Assembly: GCA_963575745.1 (NCBI GenBank)
Contig: CAUYUJ010000314.1
Location: forward strand, 558,001-622,000
Reading direction: 5' to 3'
Length of the DNA stretch: 64,000 bases
Origin: Prorocentrum cordatum
Lineage: Eukaryota
The position numbers were made by a program, and so were the translations under genes. Each line of letters begins with the position of its first letter. Position 1 is the stretch's first letter. The notes beneath the pieces were generated by a model. It did not search any database and had not been told where the DNA came from. It saw nothing but the letters and a program-made list of their open reading frames with translations. Shown one piece after another: positions 43,620-56,040 of the stretch.

Positions 43620-44560
43620 TTTTTTGGGCGCGCGAAGCTCCAGGCACCCCGCGAAGCTAGTTGTGATAAGTAGACAAGAATAGCAAAACATAGCCACACA
43701 TAGGAAGCCATCTACGAAATCATGTAATTTTGTTGGTTGGCGGAACCTCTCGCATCCCGAAAGGAAAACTAGAATAACATAGCAAAACATATCAAACCAT
43801 AGCAGCACATGGCAAACATGCATGACAACATGTACTTTAGCGATTTTTGTACTATGTGGGTGGGCGGAGCCTCGGTCATCCTGGAAGGGCATATATATAT
43901 ATAAAACATACGACAATACTTAAACTTACGGAATAATCCAAGCAAATGTATGCAGACACATATTTGCATATATTGTTAACGTTTTGGCTGGCGGAACCCC
44001 TAGCATTCCGAGAGAAACATATCAAATCATATCAGGGCATCTTACATTTTGAATTTCAGGAGCAAAAATATGAGCACACACGCATATATGTATATTTCTT
44101 TACGTGTGTGTATATATGTATATAAGCTATTGTTTCATACGTGTGCTGCTGGTGTCTCTGGCATTCCGCGAGGAAAGATATCGAAACATATAATACACAA
44201 GTGAAAAAAGGTATCCAACACATAAAGTTGTGCATTTCAAATGATGCTCGTTCCATAATTTTGCGGCGGGAGCGTCTGGGATCTCGCGAGGGAAGATATC
44301 CAAACATATGAGCAGATCGGACATGTATTTGAAATGTGAGAAAACGAGCGAAAGCGTGTATTTCAAGATTTGCTTTAAGCATTTCTTGCGGGCGGAGGTC
44401 TAGGCTCTCCGCGCGGAACGATATCAACATTTTCCATGCAATCGTAGAAGTATACAGACACGTAGAAGCATGGATGGAACATATACGTGCCAGGTACCGT
44501 TTCGTCCATTTTGCTTGCGAAGTCTCTGGCAGCCTGCGAAGACATATAGCACTTTCCGTT
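43620..44560 (+). repeat. Highly diverged ~120-bp periodic array (GC-rich core + AT-rich spacer), about 8 units
   Basis: Cores resembling ggcggaacctc..gcattccg.ga.g.a.atat lie at about 43625, 43737, 43860, 43988, 44148, 44263, 44388 and 44516. Confidence 0.6.
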
Positions 44561-44644
44561 TCTGATCCGGCATTGCAAGTTCAGGCATGTTGAGAATGGG
44601 GAGAACATGTATGACAACACACACACATATATATATACATCTAC

Positions 44645-44955
44645 GTAATGTAATGTAATGTAGTGTAATATAATGTAATGTATTGTAGTGTAATGTAATG
44701 TATTATAATGTAATGTAGTGTAATGTAATGTAATTTAATGTAATGGAATGTAATGGACTGTAATGTAATGTAAGGTAATGTCATGTCATGTAATGTAATG
44801 TAATGTAATGTATTGTAATGTAATGTAATGTACTATAATGTAATGTAATGTAATGTATTGTATTGTAATGTAATGTAATGTAATGTGATGGGATGTAATG
44901 TAATGTTATGTAATGTAATGTAATGTAATGTAATGTAATGTAATGTAATGCAATG
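44645..44955 (+). repeat. (TAATG)n pentanucleotide satellite
   Basis: Directly visible. Confidence 0.97.
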
Positions 44956-45289
44956 GTAAGCATTTATGTATGTATGGATGTATGTAGGTAGGTCGGTATG
45001 CATGTATGTATACAAATATATGTGGATATTCACAGCATATGCATATACACATATCGTAGTTTTTTGTTTCATGCGATTTGGAGTTGTAGTTTTTTCGAGC
45101 CAGCGTTGCGAATTATGAGCCTGTGGGCATTGAACATACTGATACGACAGTTTTCCCTAATTGTTTCCTTTTTTTGAGCAGGCGTTGCGAATTATGAAAG
45201 TATGGAACATTATGACAATACACATATGAGAACATTTTTTTTTTTTTTTATTTTATTTTTTATATATATATATATATAATATTTCTCCG

Positions 45290-45858
45290 TCTTCGAGCCG
45301 CTCTTCTCGGTGGGGGGAATCTCTCCGCGCGCGCCAGACTGTGAGACTCCAGAGATTATCTCCACGACGCCGCGGCACGCGACTGCCTCTCGCGTCGGAA
45401 GCCAGCTCCTCTTCCTGCTGCCGTCCGCGCCGCGGCCGCACGTGCGGCTACTCTGCCCGTGCGGGTCAGAGCTCCTTATCCTCGACGTTCGACCGCAATC
45501 TGACTTGTCCAGGTGGGCCTGTCCCCGCTGTGGCGGAAGTCCTATCCGTGGCGGGCAAGTCGTCCTGCCCGCCCTGCAGCCTCTCAACCTCATGGCCTGC
45601 CCGTGGAGGCCGCTGTCGCTGCGGGAACGGTCGCGTCTTGCGCTGAGAGCGTCGGCGTTGCGGCCTGCGTCCGCCCGTCGGTTCAGGGAGGCGGCGCGGC
45701 GCGCGCGCCGGGCCCCACAATTTCCGCTCTGTCCCAGGCATTGCGCGCCACCAGTGATCCCCCGGCTGCGAACGGCGAGAGGCAGCCCGAGCAGGAAGCA
45801 TCCTCTGACAGTGACGGGCTGCACGCAGGGCCGCGTCGCCAAAAGTGTGTGTGTGTGT
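45290..45858 (+). mobile_element. Retroelement 3' fragment with a degenerate Cys cluster, ending in hairpin + AAAAG(TG)n
   Basis: TASRVG...CPCG...ACP/PLW remnants, plus the terminal motif shared with 36812, 39134 and 42996. Confidence 0.5.
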
Positions 45859-47829
45859 CCACCAGTCCACGCAGTTCACGCCCTGGCACGCCGCCGGCGC
45901 TGGGCTGCGGGCTGCTGCCGCACCGCCCGCCGGGGGTCTCCCGTGGGCGGGGCGTTCTTCTTCTCTTCCCTCCCCCCTGCCCCGCCCTCGCCCGCTTCCC
46001 CCCCCCCCTCCTCGCGCGCCGCCGTGGCGCTGCTTCGCTGCCGCTCCGGGCGCGCAGCTCCCCCCCTGGTGTGCTGTGACGCCCGGCTGCGGGCGCTGCG
46101 CTAGGGCGCAACTCCACGCAGCCAGCGCGCCTGGTGGGCGCGGCATTTTGCGGTTGGCAGTCCCAAATCTGGATTGCGGTAGTGCTCCATCCACTTGCTC
46201 GACCTCGTCACTGAGCCCTGGCGGCGCCCGTGGGCGCGCCCGCGCCGCGGCCCGGCTGCTGCCGCGGCCCCCGCTGCCGCGGCTGGCCGTGCCGGCCCGC
46301 TCGGCGCGGAAGCCTCCCGCGTCTGAGTGGACGTCCTCCTCCGCTGGTCCTCCGCGCGGCCGCCCTGGTCCTTTCCCCTGCTTTTGCGCGCCGGCCAGTT
46401 CGCCTTTCGGTCGCCCCGAATTGCCGCCGCTGGCGAAAAAAGCGCGCCCACCAGTTCTCCGCCGGCCGTGGCCCGCGCGCCCGCTGCGGAGGCGCCGTCT
46501 TGGGGCAGACCTTGACTCGCCTGGTTTGCGCAGGGTAACCTCTGTCTTGGTAGTGGTCAGGGAGACGTGGGCTGGCTCCCCGTGGGCTCGTGGACACTGG
46601 GGCCACTTTGTCTAGGTTCGTAGAAAAAATTGACGGGGCGGGCTCGCCCAGAAGTGGTCCCGCGTCGGGTCGCGACCGGCTTCTTGTGCCCCCTGACAGT
46701 GCACGGGCGGCAGCCGGCCAGCGCCCGCGCCCTACCGGCCTCGACAGGCCCGACCGACCAGCCCAAAGCAGCCGAGGGCCCTGGTTCGGCGGGACATCTG
46801 GCTGGCCTGGAGGGCGCCTCCAAGGAGCAGCCCGCAGCCCGTGTCGGGCGGCTGGGGAGCCGGAGCGGGGTTGCGTGGGGAGCTCGCTGCGCGCAGTTTG
46901 GCGGCGGCGCGCTGGACCCGTGGTGGCGTGGCGTGAGCTCCTCCCCCCCCGCCCTCCTTCCGGGGCGTCCCCGCTGCGGGGCCGTTGGCCTCCCCCGCGT
47001 GGGCGCCCGGCGGCCGCCCCCCGGCATTTATTTGGTTTCTTGTTGTTTTTGTTTTGGTTTATTATATTTGTATCTCTCTCTCTCTCTTTCTTTTTTCAAT
47101 GTCTCTCTCTGTGTCTCTCTCTCTCTCTTCCCTTTTTTGTTCTCTCTCTCTCTCGCTGTCTGTGCGTCGGCGCCCTTCCCGGTGTGGCGCGGCCCGCTTG
47201 GCCCTTGGGCTGTGCGTGCCAGTGAGGGGCCACCCTGGCGGGGGTCGCTGGGGTTGGTCTCGCCTTAGGTGCCCAGCCGCACCCCCGCCCAGCTGCCGCC
47301 TCCCGTATTCTTTTTCTGGATGATGCGTCATTTTTATTTTGTTTTTTTTGGGGCAGCTTTTTTGGTGGCGCCTGGAGCTCCCCCTCCTGGCGCCCTCATT
47401 TTCAGGGCCCTCCGAGCTGCTCGCGCTCGGTCGGGGTTCCTGGCTGTGTAGGCGGGCCTCCTGGGTGGCTTCCTTGCGTTTGCCACCGCCGAGGTTTGTC
47501 CTGCACATTGGTGCGTTTTTATCTGGCTAGGCGTCTGCTCCGCAGCTGGGCCTTCCGCGAACCTCGCGGCGCCTTCCGCGTCTTGCCCGAGAAATCCTTG
47601 GTCGGCTTGGTGGCGACCTAGACGTCGATGCGTACAGTGCACCTCGCGCCTTCATTGTGCCGCTCGAGCGGTGCCGTGCCAACCTATTTTGGTCGGCGCC
47701 TTTTTGCAGCTTGTTTTTTTGTTCGGGCCAGCTTGGGCGTGTCGTTGACACTGGCCTTCTTTGGTGGCGTGGCTACCCACCCAAGATTTTACGGCTTGGC
47801 TTCGTTAGGATGATTTCGGCCCCGCATGT

Positions 47830-48275
47830 GCGGTGTTTCCATGTGCTGCGCGCCCGTAGCCACCAATCCAAGTCTAGCGCTTCACCGATTTATGCTTATG
47901 CACCGTGCGTCGCCGGTTCGTAGGTTAGCACACTGCCCATCAGTTTGCTTCCTCAGTGATACTTTGCCTTGGGCTTGTCTGGCAGCTTTACAGGTATTTG
48001 CCTTTTGTCTTCATTGTCTACATTCTCTCTGATAATTCGGTGGCACCGTTTCGCACCAGACTGCTGCTTGCGCTTCAAACTACCCGCGTCGAGCTTATGC
48101 TCCTCGGGTTTTTGGGCCGCTGCACTTTGGCATTGCAGCGCCTCTTATCTTCCACACCAATCTGCATGGCCGTGACTGGGCTCTTTCATCATGGCACATT
48201 CGACCAAATTCGTTCGCAGTTGGCAACTCCACCTTTCGACCGCGCCTGAGGTCCTTCTGCGCCGGCGATTGAAAG
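47830..48275 (+). mobile_element. Retroelement 3' fragment (second family), plus-strand copy
   Basis: Homologous to 39835-40080 (-) and followed by the (TG)n block. Confidence 0.7.
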
Positions 48276-48282
48276 ACATGGT

Positions 48283-48333
48283 TGTGTGTGTGTGTGTTTT
48301 GTGTGTGTGTGTGTATGTGTGTGTGTGAGTGTG

Positions 48334-48368
<35 letters not shown>

Positions 48369-48424
48369 ATGCGTGTTTTTTTGTTTTGTGTGTGTGTGTG
48401 TGTTTGTGTGTGTGAGAGAGAGAG

Positions 48425-48507
<83 letters not shown>
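48283..48507 (+). repeat. (TG)n/(TGCG)n microsatellite
   Basis: Directly visible. Confidence 0.97.
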
Positions 48508-48508
<1 letters not shown>

Positions 48509-48799
48509 GGTGCCCCTGCTTGCTGCGTGCGTCGGGCTGCTTGCCTAGACTGCCTGCCTGCTGCTCGATTCCCTTTGTTGCCCCTCCCCCTCTTTCCTCC
48601 GCCCTTGCGCTGTCTTGCCCTCCTTGCACTGCCCCTCCTGGCTTGCCTCCGCCTTCGCGTTGCCTCGCCCCCTTTGCCTTGCCCCCTCCTGTTTTTCCCA
48701 ACCATCCTGTGGTGTTGGGTCCTCGTTTTGAACAGACAGCGCCCGCGTCCATCCTCCTGCTGCCCCCCTCCCTCTCCCCCTCTCCCGGCCCCACACGGT

Positions 48800-49540
48800 T
48801 CGTGCCCCAATACAAAGCTCCACCGAACGCCCCAGTGGCTGCGTCCTCATGCGCCACCGCCACCCATTACAGCTGCGCTTCGTGGTCCCATAGGGAGCTC
48901 GACTCAAGGCTCCAGTGGCAGGGTCCGCATGGGTCACCGCTACCCAGGACAATGTTTCGTGACCCCATAGGGAGCTCAACGGAGGGCATCAGTGGCGGGG
49001 TCCGCATGCGTCACCGCCACCCAAGACAGCGTTTCGTGGCCCCATAGGGAGCTCCATCGAAGGCTCCAGTGGCAGGGTCCGCATGCGTCGCCGCCACCCA
49101 AGACAGCGTCTCGTGGCCCCAGAGGGAGCTCCACCGAAGGCTCCAGTGGCAGGGTCCGCGTGCGTCACCGCCAGCCAGGACAGCTTTCGTGGCCCCATAG
49201 GGAGCTCCACAGAAGGCTCCAGTGGCAGGGTCCGCATGCGTCACCGCCACCCAGGACAGCTTTTCGTGGCCCCGCAGGGAGCTCCACCGAAGGATCCAGT
49301 GGCAGCGTCCGCATGCGTCACCGCCACCCAGGACAGCGTTTCGTGGCTCATAGGGAGCTCCACCGAAGGCTCCAGTGGCGGGGTCCGCATGCGCCACCGC
49401 CACCCAGGACAGCGTTTCGTGGCCCCATAGGGAGCTCCACCGAAGGCTCCAGTGGCAGGGTCCGAATGCGTCCGCGCCGCCGATTTCGGCGCACCCCTCG
49501 CACGCTTCGTGGCCCCATAGGGAGCTCCACCGAAATTGGT
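48800..49540 (+). repeat. 76-77-bp tandem minisatellite, about 10 copies
   Basis: The unit cgtggccccatagggagctccaccgaaggctccagtggcagggtccgcatgcgtcaccgccacccaggacagcgttt starts at about 48881, 48958, 49035, 49112, 49188, 49265, 49342 and 49418. Confidence 0.95.
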
Positions 49541-51442
49541 ACCCACAATGCGGCACTTGCAGTTGCATTGGTTGGGTCCTTCGTCAGGCGTCCGCCCTCG
49601 CGTTGCGTCGCCCTCTTTGCCTTGCCCCTCTTGTTTTTTTCTTCAGCCCCGTGCGTCCAATGCCATGTTGTTTAATTACGGGGTCCCGGTTGTTCCGACC
49701 CCTTCCTCAGGGCCGTTTTTTCATTACGAGCTGTCTTTCGATGGCTCCAGGGCCCAGCGAGGGCCCCTGGAGGTCGAGCACGGCCAAAGACATTCCCGCA
49801 TTGCCGAGCACTGCACGATCATATCTCTGCCGCCTCCGTCCTCTGGTGGTGCCGTCGGCCGTAAGAGCTCGTCGGCGGACCTCGGCCGCTCCTTTCCCGT
49901 TTCGAGGGCAGGTGCTTCGGTGGCTGGCGGCCTCTTTGCCCTGCGGTCGTGAACCGTCTTTTTTTCGGGGCAGGAACAGACGCCTGGGGCGCTCAGCGCG
50001 GGTTTCGGGCACCCTCCTGCCTCAAACATGCCCGCGTCGTGGTTTGGCCGTTTTCGGCTTCCAGGGGCCTTCGCCGGGCTCCAGGACCGTCCAGTTACGG
50101 CTCGGAATGAAAAGCCAGCTGGGGAAAGAGTCGTGACTTCCAGAAGCCCCGCATCGAAAAAATAAAGACATCGGATGTTTGGGGCTGCACCCCACTGGCG
50201 GTGGTAGGTCACTCTGGCGCCCTGGGCCCCGCTGCACCCGCTGGCAAGAGGCCGCCTCTGGGTCGCTCTCTTGCCCGGGTCCTGTAGGCCACGCGTGGTG
50301 CCTCTCTCTCGTTACCAGGCTACTGCTTTGGGCGCGCGCGCGCAGGCGGCCCATACTGGCCCTATACTCTCGCCATCCTGCACCACCCCCTCGCACCCCT
50401 TGGATTGGCGGCGTAGCCCCACCGCCGTGGTGGGCAGTTCGCGATCGTACGTTGCCAGAGTCGCCCGTCGCCCGTCGCATCTCGTTCAGGGGCCCCCTCT
50501 GCCGTCCTCGCCTCGATCGTCAGGCTTCGCGCACGTGCCGCGTTTCGCCGTTCCTGCTTCTGGCGGCACGGCCGACTCGGGCTCGCCGGGATGTATGGGT
50601 CATCTCGGTGGCCGCGTTCCGCTTTGGCAGCAGGCCCAGCGTGGATGCACGTGACTACAGCTGCCTTCTTTTGCGCTGCCTTGTCTCTGGACGCACCGCG
50701 GGCGGGCTCCTCTGAGCCGAGGCAGCCTGTGGGGCCTCGCCGTCGGCTGGGCTTCCACGCGTTCTGCCTCCACTGACGCGCGTGCCGGCGCCGCGGGCCG
50801 GCCCGCTTGCGGCCCCTGCCTCCTCCCGCCCGCCGCGCCGTACTCGGCTTTCAGGCTTTCAGGATGCGGAGAAGTTGCCGTGCCGTGCCGTGCCGCGCCT
50901 GGCTCCGAAAGTGCGGAAGGTTGCCGTGCGGTTCCGTGCCGACCATGTGTAACATCGTGCAGCGTTAGTAATTTGGGTTTGTATGCTGGTGTGCCTGTCG
51001 GCAACGGCACTTTTTCTGTCCGGCGGATTTCGGCGCGTTTTTGTGGCTGTTCCTTTCTTATCAGGGCGGTTGCGTATGTTGGTGGGATCTTGTGGATGTC
51101 ACAGGCAGCAACGCTTCGCTGCGTGTGGAAGTCCGCAATATATTTGGGATACTTGCCTACATTGAACTTTTCATATCTTGTGTCGCATTGTACTATTTGG
51201 ACGAAAAGTCAGGTTGCTGTCTACTTCCCTGGTCGCCCAGCAGGGACAGTTTATCGAGACAACCTGTGGGAACAGTTTTCGACTCTTGCATGTTTCCAAG
51301 GTGGGGCTGCTTCAAGAACTCCAGCACACAATAGAGGCAGATGGCAAGAAGGTCGCCAGCTTACTTTGTCTTCTCTTATGCACTTGTACCAGCATTTGAG
51401 ATCATAGTAGTAGCTGTAGCACAAGTCGCAGTATAATGACTT

Positions 51443-52060
<618 letters not shown>

Positions 52061-54467
52061 GGATTATGTATGGTAGTGTTGGCAGAAGGGGGACTCTTTG
52101 TCAGCTGCGGTGGTGCGTTATTGTTGTTCGCTACTGTAGCCGTAGAACAATGCATTGTCAGGATGTGGTGAGTACTCTTGTTACAGGCGCTCAGGACGAG
52201 GACCCCGCAACGTCCCGCCTATCAATACTGTTGCGACTACTTCTGCTGCTAGTGTCGCTGCTGCGACAACAGGTACTACCATTATTCCTTGTACCACTAC
52301 TCGATCTACGAATACCGCAATGTTTACAGCTACTACCTGTACGGGCGCTCGTACTTTCACTTTCACCCTTGCTAGTATTACGGCAGCCCCTACTGCTACT
52401 TCTACCGGCAACGACGTTTGCCAAAACCCATTTGCCAGGCCTCAACAGGTCCACGTTCATTATCATGCACCTAGTGTGATCTAGTGGAGCGTTGCCGATC
52501 TCATCTGCTCTGTCGACCGCTGCCCGGCTTGGGCCTGCGCGCTGCAACGCAGAGCATCGTGGCATGGGGCGGTCCGTGAGCAGGAGGAGCACCAAGATGA
52601 ATACTTGAATTTGTAGCGTAAGCAAGCACACTTTACACAAACGTATGGGGCCGAACATGAATACATAGAATTCGTGAAGCCGTTGCCGTGCCAGTGGCGG
52701 TATCGCACGGGCATCCACAAGAACAACCGTCGCAACTGAAATAGCATATGTGATGCATGTATCTTGTAGGGGCACCACTGGGAATGCATGATCTGGGAGC
52801 CTGTACAATGCGAGGGACAATGCGAACGAGCATGCGATATGAGTATTCCGCACAAGCTTGGTAATACACACGCTGCGGATTCCTGGGCTTCCTGATATTC
52901 TCCTCCCTATCATTCGGTTGGATCCGATGTCCTGTGAAACGCGCCGTGAATATGGTACACTTTTAAGAATCTGTACAATAATATATACATATACATACTT
53001 CCATAAGGCATTTGTGCATGGGGCAGTCTGTTCGAAATCGGCTTGCATCTCATGGAGGGGATGCTTTCATTGGCCCGCTTGGAAGCAATTCAGGAAGAAG
53101 CCTTGTACGAGAAGTTCGTGTGTTGGGCAAAGAACCCGCGCCCGCAGGGATTTCGCAGAGTGCGCTGAAGCGTCGGGAGCATTGCGAGCCGCGCCAGTAC
53201 CCGAAAGTAGCTGTCGGATGGCCCTGGGCACGCCTTCTGGCGTGGACGTCCTTGACCCGCTGCTAACAGAGGCTCCCGTTTGCACCCAGGAAGCTTTGGG
53301 CATAGTCCTCCCCCTCGTCATCCTCGTTGTGGCGTTGCTCGCCTGCTGCGCATAGTGCTTGTCACTTGCAGCCATGAGGCTTCGGGTGGAGCCCCGAGTG
53401 CAGGTGAGGGCTTCAACGGGTTCTGCTGTCCCTTCTTTTTCCCGCTCTCCCGCCCCCTCCTCCGTCCCTCCTCCTTCCTCCGAGTCCCCTTCGCAGGGCA
53501 GGTCCCTACTCCAACAGGTAGATCTGTAGGATTCTTCATGCCTTCCTGCCCCAGGAGAGCGAGGATCTGGAAGTAGTGGTGCCAGTGGACGGTGGTCATG
53601 GCATTTTTTCACCAGGGCGTTCGAGCGTGGCGTAGTGTGTCCGTTGCCCTTGTCCCGCGAAGATTCGTGTTTCGACGAGGGCGCCCAACGTGGCGGGGGC
53701 GTAGCGTGTGGCCGGTGACACGCGGCTCTCCTCATCCACTTCCCTACGTTGTCGCGCCTGCTCTCTGGGATGGTAAGACAGGAATTCTGTATACTTCCAG
53801 CCAACGCGCGTTTGCATTCTCGCGGAGTTTGTTCTTCCGCAGAGCGGTTACCGTGCATGATCAAGGTGCTGATTCAGGTTTTCTTTTGCAGGGCGTCATC
53901 TTGTCTGGGACTGCTCCAGTAGCAGCTTTGGAGGACCATGCAACGTTGAGTCCCAAGATCTTGGGGGAGTCTGTCGGTCGCTAACGAAACGTTGCTGGGA
54001 TCCCGTTTGAAGAGAGGGGGGGCGTTGAGTGTAACTCGGTCCAGACGCCTAGGAAGTTCCTGAACCCAGCGTTGGGCGTATCAAGCATGGGGTGCGTGGG
54101 AAGAGAAGGGCGTCGTTGATTTCCCGTCTTCTAAAAGCGGCCAAGGACAGCATTCCCCAGCGGGAGTGGCAACGTGCCGTTTGCTTTTGGGGCGTCCCCG
54201 TTGTGGTTTCTCGGAGCTGTGCAGGCGCATCGAGAGGGCACGATTGAACAGAAGGCTCAGTGTGCTGCCCTGTTGGGCCGTAACACATTCTATATACATG
54301 TATATCTATAGAACATGCGACTGATGTTTTCGGGGCTTCTGGGTGAGCGGCCTCTCGTCGGCTCACCCCCTCATGCACTTGACACGTGCCATCGCGTCCG
54401 CGGCAGTCGTTCTGACAAAAAACCGACTGGTGGGACACCTGTTCTGAGCGGGGAGGTGTGTATATAT

Positions 54468-54632
54468 AGATATGTACACGCATGTATATTTATACACATA
54501 CATATACACATACACATACATATACACATACATATACATATACATATGCATATACATATGCATATACATGTACATATGCATATACATATATGTATATACA
54601 TATACATATCCATATCCATATCCATATCCATA

Positions 54633-54664
<32 letters not shown>

Positions 54665-54827
54665 CACATACATCTACATATACATATACATATACATATG
54701 CATATACATATACATACACATACCCATACATATGCATATACACATACATATACACACATACATATACATATACGTATACATTTGCACACATATAGACATA
54801 TACATATCCATAGACATATACATCAAC

Positions 54828-54862
<35 letters not shown>

Positions 54863-55327
54863 TATACATGTACATAAACATATACATATACATACACATA
54901 TACAGCCACATATACGTATACACATACATATACACATACATATACATACACATGTACATATTCACATATACATATACACATACATCAACTACACACATAC
55001 CTACGCATATCCATACTCATATACATATTCACATACATATACATTTACATATACATATACATACCCATTTCCAGTGACCCAGTGACTCATACATATGCAC
55101 ATACATATACATATGCATATACATGTACATATACATACACATATCCATACACACATGCATATACATAAACATATGCATACACACATACATATACATATAC
55201 ACATACACATACATATACATATACATATGCATTTACATATACATGTACACACATATATATATATCGTACACATATATATATGTGTATATACATACACATA
55301 CACATACATATACACATGCATATACAC

Positions 55328-55358
<31 letters not shown>

Positions 55359-55681
55359 CACATACACATACACAAATACATATACACATATTTATACATA
55401 TAATATACATCTGCATCTACATCTACATCTACATCTACATCTACATCTACATCTACATCTACATCTACATCTACATCTACATCTACATCTACATCTACAT
55501 CTACATCTACATCTACATCTACATCTACATCTACATCTACATCTACATCTACATCTACATCTACATCTACATCTACATCTACATCTACATCTACATCTAC
55601 ATCTACATCTACATCTACATCTACATCTACATCTACATCTACATCTACATCTACATCTACATCTACATCTACATCTACATC

Positions 55682-55756
<75 letters not shown>

Positions 55757-55782
55757 TTATACATATACATATACATATACAC

Positions 55783-55867
<85 letters not shown>

Positions 55868-55874
55868 CACATAC

Positions 55875-55926
<52 letters not shown>

Positions 55927-56040
55927 TTACATTTACATATACATATACATATACATATACCTATACCTATACCTATACCTATACCTATACCTATACATAT
56001 ACATATACATATACATAAACATATACATATACATTTACAT
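54468..56040 (+). repeat. (CATATA)n-type hexamer satellite containing a pure (CATCTA)n block
   Basis: Directly visible. The pure catcta run spans about 55414-55685. Confidence 0.97.

Noticed and set aside
48800..49540. CRISPR array interpretation of the 77-bp repeat (also 8822-9310 and 43620-44560)
   Set aside because: Units are similar along their whole length with no unique spacers, there are no cas genes, and the context is eukaryotic.
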